A model generated the notes under the pieces. That model did no database searches. It saw only the letters and a program-made list of their open reading frames with translations, and was not told the origin of the DNA. A stretch of DNA of 34,045 bases, taken from contig CAWBHS010000113.1 in NCBI GenBank assembly GCA_963788655.1, forward strand, positions 1 to 34,045, written 5' to 3'. The position numbers and the translations under genes were made by a program. Below, piece after piece: positions 1-10,054 of the stretch. The stretch is from an uncultured Verrucomicrobiae bacterium. Its GTDB lineage: Bacteria; Verrucomicrobiota; Verrucomicrobiia; Limisphaerales; JAFGQR01. Within the stretch, counting starts at the first letter, position 1, and every line of letters begins with the position of its first letter.

Positions 1-1
1 G

Positions 2-259
2 CAGTACGTCAAACTGATGGCGCTGGAAGGGGTGGAACTCGAGTTTACACCGGAAGCTTTGCGGGAACTGGCGAATCAGGCCATCAGCAAGAATACCGGG
101 GCCCGGGCGCTACGGGCCCTCATGGAGCGGATGATGCTCGATGTGATGTACGACGTGCCCAGCAACAGCGACATCGCCAGCGTGCAAATCACCCGCGCCG
201 TCGTGCTCGGCGAAGGTAAACCCGTCATCCGCCGCAAGAGCGACAAAGCCGCCGCCTGA
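2..259 (+). CDS. clpX: ATP-dependent Clp protease ATP-binding subunit ClpX, C-terminal end (partial, runs off the window start)
   Basis: Frame open from position 2: QYVKLMALEGVELEFTPEAL...A...KNTGARALRALME..MLDVMYDVPS, the ClpX C-terminal D2-small domain with the TGARxLR motif. Confidence 0.93.
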   Translation, partial: QYVKLMALEGVELEFTPEALRELANQAISKNTGARALRALMERMMLDVMYDVPSNSDIASVQITRAVVLGEGKPVIRRKSDKAAA

Positions 260-283
260 GCGGGAAAGGTTCGCGGGCTCACC

Positions 284-396
284 GTGCTGCCGGCCTCTTG
301 CCGGCAGATCGAACGGAGGCCTTGGTAGCGAATGGCAACCTTGGCGCGAGCGCATGTTATGCACCCGTGCGCCAGCGAGCGAGATGCCGGCAACAC
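284..396. repeat. REP-like inverted pair, family A (GTGCTGCCGGCaTCcTGCCGGCAG)
   Basis: GTGCTGCCGGCCTCTTGCCGGCAG at 284-307 and degenerate reverse partner GAGATGCCGGCAACAC at 381-396; the same motif recurs at 8046, 8369, 13976, 14226 and 14487. Confidence 0.65.
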
Positions 397-580
397 ATTG
401 CCCTCGCTTGTCAGCCGGTGCGGCTGGGGACGCTTCACCATCTTCCTCCCAGTGACTGTGCCGGGCAGGCGCGGATGAACACATCATCGGTTTCAGGTTC
501 CGAATCCTTACATCGCGCTTTGCTTGAACGGCACTTTTCGATGGAAATCTCGGTATTCATAAAACCTCACGGTTGACATG

Positions 581-600
581 GTTGTTTACAGCTAAACAAC
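581..600. promoter_or_regulatory. Operator-like palindrome GTTGTTTA-cagc-TAAACAAC next to a TTGACA hexamer
   Basis: Perfect 8-bp inverted repeat with a 4-bp spacer in an AT-rich patch; TTGACA at 573-578. The regulator is unknown. Confidence 0.35.
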
Positions 601-649
601 AATATTATCACGACCAGCCAGGGAGGGAGCCGTGGATTACCCTATCTTC

Positions 650-800
650 AATGACCATTGAGCAGAGAATGGCCAATGATCAAGGCCCAACTGGACCCCG
701 GAAATTCGGTTGAACTCGAGTAGGCGTTTCCGTTTCGGACCCTTCCTGGTCATCTGGATTTGGGCCTTCTCTGGTGCTTGGTCCTTGGTCCTTGGTCATT
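650..800. repeat. Heptamer-based inverted repeat cluster, family B (AATGACCA.. / ..TTGGTCATT)
   Basis: AATGACCA..AATGGCCAATGATCAAGGCCCAA faces TTGGGCCTT..TTGGTCCTTGGTCCTTGGTCATT; the same family occurs at 8421-8559 and 14022-14572. Confidence 0.7.
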
Positions 801-951
801 CCAACGGTGTATTTTGAGATTGAAAGCCGCAGTCAAAGCCTATTCATTAGGGCAAGCAATTTGCCAACCGCCGAAGCGGTATGGTGGGGCATTGGTAGTC
901 CGGACAGGAAAGGTCTTCGCCTCCGGTTGTCCGACGGATTTTAGAATACGT

Positions 952-1191
952 ATGAAACGAAAAATTTTGGTGATTTTGTCCAATCGTTTGGATCGATTGC
1001 AGAAACCCCGATTCCTCGAACTGGACTGCGATGACAAAGGGAACATTCTTAAAGAACGCTCGCTCCGGGGCCAGCCCAAGGAAGCGCGCTTCGATGAAGT
1101 ATGGGAAAACGACGACGGCAAGACCTCCATGTCTTCGTGCAACCGGTTCAAGCGGAAATACCGTCACGCGCTCGAAAAGCCGAAAAAGTAG
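952..1191 (+). CDS. Small basic hypothetical protein (79 aa)
   Basis: ATG at 952 (MKRKILVILSNRLDRLQKPRFLELDCDDKG...), protein-like composition, TAGAAT at 942-947 just upstream. The longer TTG start at 760 lies in repeat DNA. Confidence 0.7.
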   Translation: MKRKILVILSNRLDRLQKPRFLELDCDDKGNILKERSLRGQPKEARFDEVWENDDGKTSMSSCNRFKRKYRHALEKPKK

Positions 1192-1274
1192 GCCCAGCCA
1201 CCACTTGCCCATATCGATTTACGCAAGTTAGGGTCGGGCTGTCGCGCCGCCCGGACTATTCTTGAGGTTCTGTC

Positions 1275-4200
1275 CTAACGCCACGCGACCACGTATCTTC
1301 CGGCGCCGGGCGTGCCGAGCGGGATTTGTAATTGTCCGTCTGCATTTCTAAATTCCACTGGTCCCAGATCGCGTTGCGTGCTGGTGGCCAAGGCCCGCAC
1401 GCTGATGGTTGAAGGATCGATCCCTTTGGGCAGGAGTGCCCAGTCCAAGCTTAGCCGGAAGTTTCGGTTGCGCGGGTAAGGGAAGATTACCAGACGGTTT
1501 GGTTCGCGATTGATCTTCACCGCCCCGTCCGTAGCTAAAACCCCGAAATTAATCCAAGTGCCCACCGGATTCGTGTGGGCGTGGAAGTCAGCTTCGGCGG
1601 CGGTCTGAACCTCCATATCCGGAGTCGCCTGGGCCGCGATGATGTTGGAGATCGTGCCGTTGGTCCGCTCCAATTGCAAACGCGCGAGCAGGATTCGCGA
1701 ATTCAAGGCCTGAACCCCTTTAAGCGGCAACCGCGGTCCTTTGAACAGCCCGATGACCAGGTCGTATTGGTTGCGCTTGGCCGGCAGGCGCAACTCGTAG
1801 GGACCATCTACAATCACGTCGCCCGCGCGCCATTCGCTCGTGGGCTTGGGCAAACGGTGGTCCTGCTGAAAATCAATGCCATCGGCTTCGGTGCCATTGA
1901 CGGGAATGCCATGCACAAAGCAATGGTAATCCTCGGCCAGAGTTTCGTTGACGATCCATTCGTAGGTCACTTCCGCGCGATTGCCGCCCAGGTATCGGAA
2001 GGAACGCAAGCGTGGTTCGATGTCTTTGCGCTGATTCCGATAGGGAAGGTCAAACCACGTGCGCGCATCGGCAAAGAGGTATTCCGGGCATTGGGCATAG
2101 TCGGCAATCGTTCCATCGCGCAAGGCAGTGCTGACCTCGGTGTTCGCTCCCAAAGCGAGAAATCCCCATTGCGGAAGGACCACGGTGCGAGATCTGCCCT
2201 TGGCTCCAAACGCACTGGCCTCGTCAGCAACGGCCACCTCAATTTTCCATGGCTCGGCGCGCCAATTGACCCACAGCGTGAGGCCGCTGTCATAGCGGAT
2301 GCGCTGACGCGACGTGTCGCCGACCGCCAGCGCTGCGCTGGCGTTGACCCATTGGCCGTCCACTTCGTAATCTATCGCCACCGGTTTTGCGGTGCCATAG
2401 AGGCGTTGCACGGGGTGCATAAGATGATGTTCGCGCACGACCGCCTGCACGTTGTGCGCCAGCCGGTTGCCGATGAAGCCGGCGTGGCCATAAGCCAGTT
2501 CCATGGCGCGGTATTTATCCAATTGCTCGACGCTGCCTGCGTCCACGCCCCATTGCGCTTCGTAGCCACGGCGGAACCATCGTTCGTAATAGCCCATGCC
2601 GTGGTTGACCATTTGCGGGTGCAACTTGAGCAGATCGAAATCCAGCAACGCCGAGTGGTCTTCGCCGCCGACCACCTGCGCTTCCACGCCATCGCACCGG
2701 CCGGCCCAATAAAAATGGTTGGCGCCTTCGCCGAAGAGCGGACCGCCGTGCGTGTCGCGCTCGAATTGGAACAGTTCCGTGTCGTGATTCACTTTGGCCA
2801 GCGCCATGGCAGCCATCGGCTGGCTAGCCTCGTGATCGAGTTGATGCCATGGAGGCACGCAAGCGTGTACGTCCAGATAAGCGGCCGTGGTGTGGTAGCG
2901 GCGATGAATTTCCGGTGAGTTTTGTTTTGCGTAACCAAGGGCGCGATTGCACTTGAGGCCGAAGCTTTGGACTTTGGTTCCCGCATTGTACCAGGCGGGC
3001 GAAGGCGATCCGTCGGACCTCAGCACGCGCGCCGTCGGGTCGTAGGACGGAGCGTCGGGATAGAGGTCAATGTAGTTTTCGTGTAACGACCATACGTAGC
3101 CACAGTCATTGGCGGCCCGGCCAAAGGCGATCATCCCTTTGTCGCCGCCATAAGCCGGATTGGCGGGAATATGATCAGGCAGTTTGACATCGTAACCATA
3201 ACGCTGCCAGACGTGCTGGATGATTACCAAATGGTCCACCCCGTTGTCTTTGAGTTCGCGCAGGTTCTCCGCGTCGCCGGCAAACGTACCCCGGTGATGC
3301 CCCCAGATATCGAGCATGATCCGCGGACCAAGTTCGGTTCGGTACGGCGACGGGGGATGGGGAATATTGGGCAGCACTTCACCAACGTCCGGGGAAACGG
3401 CAACGTAACCCGATTCAAACAATGGATTCCGGACGCCATCGGTCTTGGGTTCGTAAGTGGCGACGCCTTGCGGGCACATCGAAGCGTGAGAAACTGTCCA
3501 ATCCAAATAGCGGCAGACAAAAACCTTTGGTTCGGGCAGGTAGTGCATCTTGCCCAACAAATAGGGGATGTTGAACGTCTTACGCAGCGACACCTGGCCC
3601 ACTTCGCCGAGGGAGAAGCGGCTAACCCGGGGTTCGTTGCACTGTGCAGACACCAGCATCGCTTTGCCGCGCATGCGGAAGGTCCAGGCGATTTGGAGCG
3701 GTTGACCTGGTGTCTCGTATTCCCAAAGGACGCGCAGGATGTCATTGGTCCGGGAGATTTGCCGGGCTTTGCCGCCCCGGGCGGGAACTTGTTTCGGCAG
3801 CACCGCCATTGGAGACGAATTCTTGTCTGGCGCAAGAATTACCGTGGCACCGCCGCCCAGCGCAGGTTGAAAGGCTGGGCTGTCGCCGACTTGCACCGTG
3901 AAGTCATCCAGCGTTCCGGTCTTGGGCTCATAACTGTAGGCCAGTCGGCCATCAGCCCCCTCGTAGCTCCATTGCCATTTCGAGCCAATTCGTGTGAGGG
4001 CGTTCTTGCCGGGCAAAAGATTCGAAGGCGTGACGCCGTGTGTGGGTGAATTACTCAGTCGCGCGCGGCTGACATCCTTGGGGGCGTGGTAAGCCTGCGA
4101 GCGGGTGATTTGTGAAAGCAGGTTGGCCACGTTCCGCGTGGTCTGCCCAACGGTGATTTGGGCATTGCCAAAGAAGGAATAGTCCCAGGATGCATTGTTC

Positions 4201-4884
4201 TTGGGACCAGGCTCGACTTGCAGCCGCAAGGTGACGGATTGTCCGGCATATTGGGAAAGATCGAGCGTGTAATCCTTCCACTTGGCTTGGTCGTAATTCA
4301 CCCGCATCAATTGCCAGGCCGGCGATGGCATCACTCCTTCTCCAATTCCCGCTCCTGAACCCAAGGGCAGGGAAACGAGCTTCGGCGTTCCCACCGATGC
4401 CTTCGAGCGGCGGCGAAAGCCGATTGGTGGGGGCAAACAGGTAACAGGAAAAGGTCACGCCATCGCTTCGGCCGGGCACCGCCACGTCCGGCCCCATGGC
4501 GACTCCAAAGCTGAGCCGGATGGGCTGACCGCTGGGCAGGGCGAGCGGATAATCAACCCAGGTTGTGCCGGGCGGGACGTGCCATGGCGAGTGCAGTAAG
4601 AGAGCTTGCCGCCCCATGACTGTGCCCCAAGGCGTGTAGGAAATGCCGGTTTGCTCGTCAAAATGTCCCGTCCAAGACGGTGGCATGGCGACGGGTTTTC
4701 GGTCGTAGGACTGCCACCATACCTGAAAAATGCCGATGTCTGACAGCAACGTCGAGCCCGGCGGCAAGGACTACTACCGGGGCGAAGTGCGCATCGGCAC
4801 CGAATATAAAACCATGACTGCAAGGCAGTTCAGCGCTAATCCCACATGGCGCGTCGCGACCGACCAATATCGAAATCGAGACAT
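1275..4884 (-). CDS. Large secreted glycoside-hydrolase-like protein (DUF5696/GH101-GH129-like barrel, N-terminal NPCBM-like and C-terminal Ig-like modules); split by apparent indels
   Basis: Signal-peptide-like start MSRFRYWSVATRHVGLALNCLAVMVLYSV at 4884; continues in ORF 4051-4767 (SDGVTF motif) and ORF 1275-4436 (WQRYGYD, LHENYIDLYPDAP, AYLDVH, GPLFGEG). Reading frame is disrupted near 4770 and 4330-4440. Confidence 0.7.
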
Positions 4885-5085
4885 AATCAATGAATCGTGG
4901 CTGTTGATTGCTATGGAACGAGCTCACTCCAGTTCCGCTTGGAATTCAAGCTTCCATCTTCTGACAGTGTGACCCGCTGGAGATATTCCTCCGATTCCGG
5001 CAGAGTTGGTGCTTCGCCTTCTACTTTCATTTCCAAAAACTTCTTCGTGCGATTTGCGGAGAATTCTGTTACAGTTTCGCGAGCT

Positions 5086-6228
5086 ATGAATAAAGGTTTT
5101 ACTCTTAGGGTAATGGCCGCCGCCGTAGCGGGGACCATGGTAACGGCCATCACGAGCAACACGCGCGCCGCGGTTCCCACCGTCGTGCCGGCACCCGCAG
5201 TCAAGCCGGTGGTCGCCGCGAGTGCGACGCAAGCGTCGGCTCCCCAGTCGGCCCCGCACATCAAGTTCGACAATACGGTCTATGATTTCGGCAACGTGCA
5301 TCCGACGGACGTGGTCAAACACGAATTTGTTTTCACCAACACCGGCAACGCCACGTTGGAACTGACCATGGTGCGGCCTTCGTGCGGTTGCACGACCGCC
5401 GGGGAATGGACCAAGCTGGTGGAACCGGGCAAGACCGGAGTCATCCCGATCCAGTTCAATCCTGGCTCTTACAGCGGTAACGTGGCGAAGAGCGTGACGG
5501 TGCAGTGCAACGATCCTTCCCAGGGCACCAGCTACCTCCAGATCAAAGGCTCGGTCTGGCGGCCCATCGAAGTGCAGCCGCGTTATGCGTATTTCACCGT
5601 CATGGAAGGCAGCGAAACCAACCAAACAAAAGTGGTTCGGATCATCAGCAACGAAGACCAGCCCATCACCGTGTCCCAGCCCGAATGGGACAGTTCCGCC
5701 TTTAAAGCCGAATTGAAAACGGTGAAACCCGGCAAGGAATTTGAAGTCCACATCAGCCTTGTACCCCCGGTAAGTTCTTCTCGTTCTGTGACGCCGATCC
5801 GAGTGAAGACTTCTTCGACCAACATCCCGGTCGTCACGATCAGTGCCTACGCGATGGTGCAGCCAAGCCTTCAGGTGATGCCGCAGCGGATTGTCATGCC
5901 CTACGGACCGGTAGGCAATCATAACCAATACCACGTCATGGTCCGCAACAACGGCACCAAACCGTTGGAACTTTCCGATCCGTCGGTCAACGCCGAAGGG
6001 GTGAACGTATCCGTTCGGGAAACGCAAAAGGGGCGTCTGTTCGATGTGCAATTGTCGTTCCCGGGCGGCTTTGAAATCGCGCCCGGCAAGAGCGTGTTGC
6101 TGAGCATCAAATCCAATAGCACTTCTCTCCCGACGATTCGGGTGCCGATTATTCAACTCACTGCCACCACCCCAGTAACTCGGCCCACTATTGTCCCCCG
6201 ACCCACGGCCACGGCGGTGCGCCATTAA
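5086..6228 (+). CDS. DUF1573 domain-containing exported protein (tandem Ig-like domains)
   Basis: Signal peptide from ATG 5086; YDFGNV...HEFVFTNTGNATLEL..VRPSCGCT...VEPGKTG is the DUF1573 signature. Confidence 0.85.
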   Translation: MNKGFTLRVMAAAVAGTMVTAITSNTRAAVPTVVPAPAVKPVVAASATQASAPQSAPHIKFDNTVYDFGNVHPTDVVKHEFVFTNTGNATLELTMVRPSCGCTTAGEWTKLVEPGKTGVIPIQFNPGSYSGNVAKSVTVQCNDPSQGTSYLQIKGSVWRPIEVQPRYAYFTVMEGSETNQTKVVRIISNEDQPITVSQPEWDSSAFKAELKTVKPGKEFEVHISLVPPVSSSRSVTPIRVKTSSTNIPVVTISAYAMVQPSLQVMPQRIVMPYGPVGNHNQYHVMVRNNGTKPLELSDPSVNAEGVNVSVRETQKGRLFDVQLSFPGGFEIAPGKSVLLSIKSNSTSLPTIRVPIIQLTATTPVTRPTIVPRPTATAVRH

Positions 6229-6315
6229 TCAGCGCGACCACCCGGCGAAGCCTCGGCGGACGGATTTCCCGAAGCGCCGGCGGAATTTCGCCGGCGATTG
6301 CGGCGGCCAATTCAG

Positions 6316-6987
6316 GTGAGCCAGCACCAGAAACCATCCGGATCACGATCCTCCCGGCAGGGCAGTTGGAAGCGAGTCCTTGGGGAAGCGGCGGCCGTAG
6401 CCGTGCTCGGACTGGTTTTTGCCCTGGCGGCCAACCAGGTTTCGCCGCGCGGACTTCAATTGGCCCACAACTACTTCCCCGGTGCCGTGCGGCCATTGCC
6501 CAAAAGTGTCGGCACCAATGTTGTAGTCAACGGCACCGGCACCAACACCACCGGCACGGCTTCGAACGATCTGTTGGCGGCGCGGATCCGCGCCCAAGGA
6601 CTACAAGTGGCGACCAGCGACGTGGTCCATGCCCTCTATCAAGATCCTCGGTATGCTCAGGAATTGGTGATCTTTGTGGACGCCCGCGACGCTGACCATT
6701 ACCAAGCCGGGCATATTCCGGGCGCCTATCACTTCGACCATTACCGGCCGCAAGATTTTTTGCCCACCGTGCTGCCGGCCTGCATGAATGCCGAACAGAT
6801 TGTTGTCTATTGCACGGGCGGGGACTGTGAGGATAGCGAATTTGCCGCCATCATGCTCCGTGATGCTGGCATTCCGCCGGACCGCTTGTTTGTTTATGTG
6901 GGGGGCATTACCGCCTGGACGGCGCACGGTTGGCCGGTGGAAACCGGCGACCGTAAGAGTGGTATTTTGAAAACCACCGCCAAATGA
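6316..6987 (+). CDS. Membrane-anchored rhodanese-like domain protein
   Basis: N-terminal TM helix, FVDARDADHYQAGHIPGA, active-site loop VVYCTGGDCEDS, YVGGITAW. Start is probably GTG 6316 (TTG 6298 is possible). Confidence 0.9.
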   Translation: MSQHQKPSGSRSSRQGSWKRVLGEAAAVAVLGLVFALAANQVSPRGLQLAHNYFPGAVRPLPKSVGTNVVVNGTGTNTTGTASNDLLAARIRAQGLQVATSDVVHALYQDPRYAQELVIFVDARDADHYQAGHIPGAYHFDHYRPQDFLPTVLPACMNAEQIVVYCTGGDCEDSEFAAIMLRDAGIPPDRLFVYVGGITAWTAHGWPVETGDRKSGILKTTAK

Positions 6988-7493
6988 AACACCCGCAACC
7001 TTCAATGCTAAAAGACCACGTGTTGCCCCTCATCGGGACCGTGGCTCGTTGGGCGCTGGGGGCGCTGTTCATTTACATGGGGCTCAAAAAGGCGTTGGAC
7101 CCGGTGGATTTTCTCAAACTGGTCCGCCAGTATGACATGGTGGAAAGCCCGCTCCTGCTGAATCTGATTGCGTCCACGCTTCCTTGGTTTGAAGTGTTCT
7201 GTGGCGTGTTGCTGGTCAGTGGGATTGCCGTTCGTGGCGCAGCCACCATCTCGTTGCTGATGCTGGTGCCGTTCACCGTGATCGTCCTGCAACGCGCACT
7301 GGCCATTCACGCCGCAAGTGCGATTCCCTTCTGTGCGATCCGTTTTGATTGCGGTTGTGGTGCTGGAGAAGTGGCGATTTGTTTCAAACTCACCGAGAAT
7401 TGCCTGCTCATTCTGTTGTCCGGCTTGCTGGCCGTTTGGCGCAATCCGCGCTTCTGCCTGCGGTTCGGCTTGCTGCCTGCGACGACCGGTTGA
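6984..7493 (+). CDS. MauE/DoxX family membrane protein
   Basis: RWALGALFIYMGLKKALDP, LPWFEVFCGVLL and the DCGC motif; ATGA overlap with the rhodanese stop. Confidence 0.85.
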   Translation: MKHPQPSMLKDHVLPLIGTVARWALGALFIYMGLKKALDPVDFLKLVRQYDMVESPLLLNLIASTLPWFEVFCGVLLVSGIAVRGAATISLLMLVPFTVIVLQRALAIHAASAIPFCAIRFDCGCGAGEVAICFKLTENCLLILLSGLLAVWRNPRFCLRFGLLPATTG

Positions 7494-7498
7494 GCCAA

Positions 7499-7981
7499 CT
7501 ACCCATGCCACATCTGTGGCACCAGGTGACGCAGCCGCCAGCATTTGAATTCCCGCAGCAGTGGCTGCAATTCGGCGCAAACGGCCTGCACTTCGCGGTG
7601 ATCGTCAATGAACCCATCCGGCCGGAAATCAGGAATCGCATCGTCATCCTTGCGCACGTAGGCCAACACGCGGGTCAGCCGGTCGTGTTGCGTTGCGTTC
7701 AGACCGCGAAACGCACCTTCCCGCGCGGCGTCCAACAATCCCAGCAGCAAGCGACAATTCTGGCGCAAACGACCATGCACCAGGTTGTCGCCGCTGAGGC
7801 GGGCGAGCTTCATTTCCAAATCAGCCGGTACGATGCCACTGGCAAGGGCTTGTTCGAGTTGTCGCCATTCCGTTTCGCTGACCAACGACAAAGCGCTCCG
7901 TCGTGCCGCCCCTCCGCCTCGCTCTTCCTCCGCGCCATTACCGTCCGCCGTCGCCGGACTCATCTGGATTGCATTCATCAT
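7499..7981 (-). CDS. YkvA/DUF1232-like protein
   Basis: LAYVRKDDDAIPDFRPDGFIDD resembles the DUF1232 L.Y...P.D.IPD....G..DD motif; ATG at 7981. Confidence 0.65.
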   Translation of the reverse strand: MMNAIQMSPATADGNGAEEERGGGAARRSALSLVSETEWRQLEQALASGIVPADLEMKLARLSGDNLVHGRLRQNCRLLLGLLDAAREGAFRGLNATQHDRLTRVLAYVRKDDDAIPDFRPDGFIDDHREVQAVCAELQPLLREFKCWRLRHLVPQMWHG

Positions 7982-8045
7982 GCATGCAGGGTGAGGCTGG
8001 CAGGAACGCCTGGATATTACAAAATCACAGGAATGTTCCAACAAC

Positions 8046-8559
8046 GTGCTGCCGGCATCCTGCCGGCAGATTGAACGTAAACATCACCTTCGCATCATAA
8101 AGTAAGCTGGTGCGCACTTCCCACGTTACTTGAGGAAACGATGTTCGTTTCGTGAGCGAAGCGCCGATGGCCTCCAAATGTCGCGCAGCGTTTGGAGTGC
8201 GTCCGGCTTGCCGGCGCTTTCGGATGGAAAAAGCAATCGAAGCCCTGCTGCACGCCTCGTTTTTGGAGGTATTGCCCCGCGTCAGACGAAAGCGGGAGCA
8301 AGCTCCACGCACTCCAAACGCTGGCGCGACGTGCTGTCAGCCAGTGCAACGCGAACGCCACTCCCAATGTGCTGCCGGCATCCTGCCGGTAGCCGGTAGT
8401 TTGGAGCGGAAGCCGCGATGAATGACCAACGTCCAATGCCCAAGGCCCAGAGAATGATCAAGGCCCAATACCCAGTGAACCAGCGGGGGGAGTGCGAAGT
8501 TAAATTGGTGCTTGGGAATTAGGCCTTCTCTGGTGCTTGATCATTGGATATTGGTCATT
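8046..8559. repeat. Intergenic mosaic of three REP-like families (A, C, B)
   Basis: Family A at 8046-8069 and 8369-8392; family C inverted pair TCGCGCAGCGTTTGGAGTGCG..CGCTTT / AAAGCG..CGCACTCCAAACGCTGGCGCGA at 8181-8329; heptamer family B inverted cluster at 8421-8559. Confidence 0.8.
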
Positions 8560-8572
8560 GCCCACAGGTCAT

Positions 8573-9674
8573 TCATTCCGGCCATTTACCATCGACAATT
8601 TGTTTGAGCACCAGCTTCGCCGGCTCCAGCACCACATGTTTCACGCTCTGTCGTTTCCAAGTGTAGGTGATATGCACCAAGCCGTCCCGCGTTTGTATCA
8701 CTGCCGGATACGAATACTCGCCCGATTCGTTTTCGAGCACCAGCGCGGCCTGCCAAAGCTTTCCGTCCGTCGATACTGCCACGTTCAGCGGCGTGCGTCC
8801 CCGGGTGGTGTGATTATAAACCAGCAACTGGCGTCCATCCTTCAACGTCACTGCATCGGTGCCCGCGTTTGGATTGGGCAGTTCCGTGAGCGTCATCGGG
8901 CCCCAGGACTTGCCGTCATCGGCCGACCATGCTTCCCAAATCCGGTGCTGACGACTGCGGCCCAACGCCTGAAGATTGCCGTCGGCGTGAAATAGGATGC
9001 TCGGCTGAATAGCCCCAATTTTCTTGCCGTCATTGATCGGCGCGGTGCGAAACCAAGTGCGGCCGAGATCGGGCGTCCATTCGAAATGAACGCGCCAGCC
9101 CTCGTCCTCCGTGCTGGTGCCACACAATAAATTTCCGTTCGCCAACTGGACCGGCTTGTTCTTGACCGGGCCGATGATGCCTTCCGGCAATCGGCATGTC
9201 CGCGACCACGATTTCCCGCCGTCGCTGCTGGTCGTCAACATCCCCCACCATTCGCTGGGGCTGGGGCCAACTTTGTAGAAGAGCAACAGCGGACCCGCTG
9301 GCGTCTGGAACAACACCGGATTCCAGCAGGGGTAACGATGGCACCTTGCCGTTTACTTCGGTGTATTGCACCCCATTCACGACTTGCACTGGTGGACTCC
9401 AATTGCCGTCCTGGTGTTTTGAAAACCAGATGCCCACGTCCTGATTGCGCTCATGTTGGCCGCCAAACCACGCCGCCGCCAGACTGCTATCCGGCAATTC
9501 AGCGATGGTGGAAGCGTGACATTGCGGCGTCGGCCGTCCTTCCAACGCAAAGATGAGTTCGCCCCGGACGTAGCCCGGTTGCTCCTGGAGATTAGCCGGA
9601 GCGCCAAACAAAGCAGTGAGTGCGGAGCCCATGAACGTGAGAAACAGGTAATGAATTTTCGTATGCCGGCACAT
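8573..9674 (-). CDS. Sialidase-family (BNR/Asp-box) protein; one apparent frameshift near 9340
   Basis: N-part QCHASTIAEL...AAWFGGQHE...DVGIW joins by frameshift to YPCWNPVLFQ...SSDGGKSWS...GPVKNKP...IQPS...SADDGKSW...NPNAGTD...RTPLNVAVS...YSYPAVIQ. Confidence 0.88.
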
Positions 9675-9750
9675 GTATGAACGCACGTTTAGCACGATCA
9701 TCGGCGGCAGTAAACAGGAGAAGAGGGAAATTCCAAATCTCAAATAAACC

Positions 9751-10003
9751 TTGCTGTCTGCCTTCTCACGAACCGCGCCGGTCATTCTAATGGACGACGG
9801 CTACTTTGGCATCCAGGCGGGCCAATTCGGCTTCAACGTTAGCGGGACAACTGGGCAGATTATCGTGCTGGAAGGCTCTTCGGATTTGCAGAACTGGAAG
9901 ACGCTTTCAACGAATGTGCTTTGACGCCAGCCCGCTCTATTTCAGTGATCCCGCATGGCCTCAAACGCCGTGGCGTTTCTACCGCGCCCGGCTTTGGCCG
10001 TAG
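9751..10003 (+). pseudogene. Orphan C-terminal domain of a Verrucomicrobia-type secreted protein (frameshift near 9921)
   Basis: Reads PVILMDDGYFGIQAGQFGFNVSGTTGQIIVLEGSSDLQNWKTLSTNVL, then after a 1-nt shift DASPLYFSDPAWPQTPWRFYRARLWP*. No upstream body or signal peptide (in-frame TAA at about 9745). Confidence 0.65.
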
Positions 10004-10054
10004 CAATTACACTCCTTTCTCGACTCCCACGCAGCGGCTGCTTAGCCTCCGGCC

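Noticed and set aside
1575..4049. Long plus-strand ORFs (447 aa, 292 aa) and similar antisense ORFs at 4924-6225, 11807-12922, 25443-26456, 29315-30646 and 31608-32633
   Set aside because: Shadow ORFs opposite well-supported genes in GC-rich DNA, with no recognisable motifs.
4768..4779. Stop-codon recoding of tandem in-frame TAG TAG in the hydrolase N-terminus
   Set aside because: The adjacent frame reads APVVVL across the site, so two compensating indels explain it, and TAG is a normal stop for other genes here (1191, 31206, 32539).
8025..8436. Short ORFs in repeat-filled gaps (also 12777-13146 and 13877-14646)
   Set aside because: They translate REP sequence (CCRHPAG, LECAELAPAF, WSLVIGHW-type peptides) and are unlikely to be genes.
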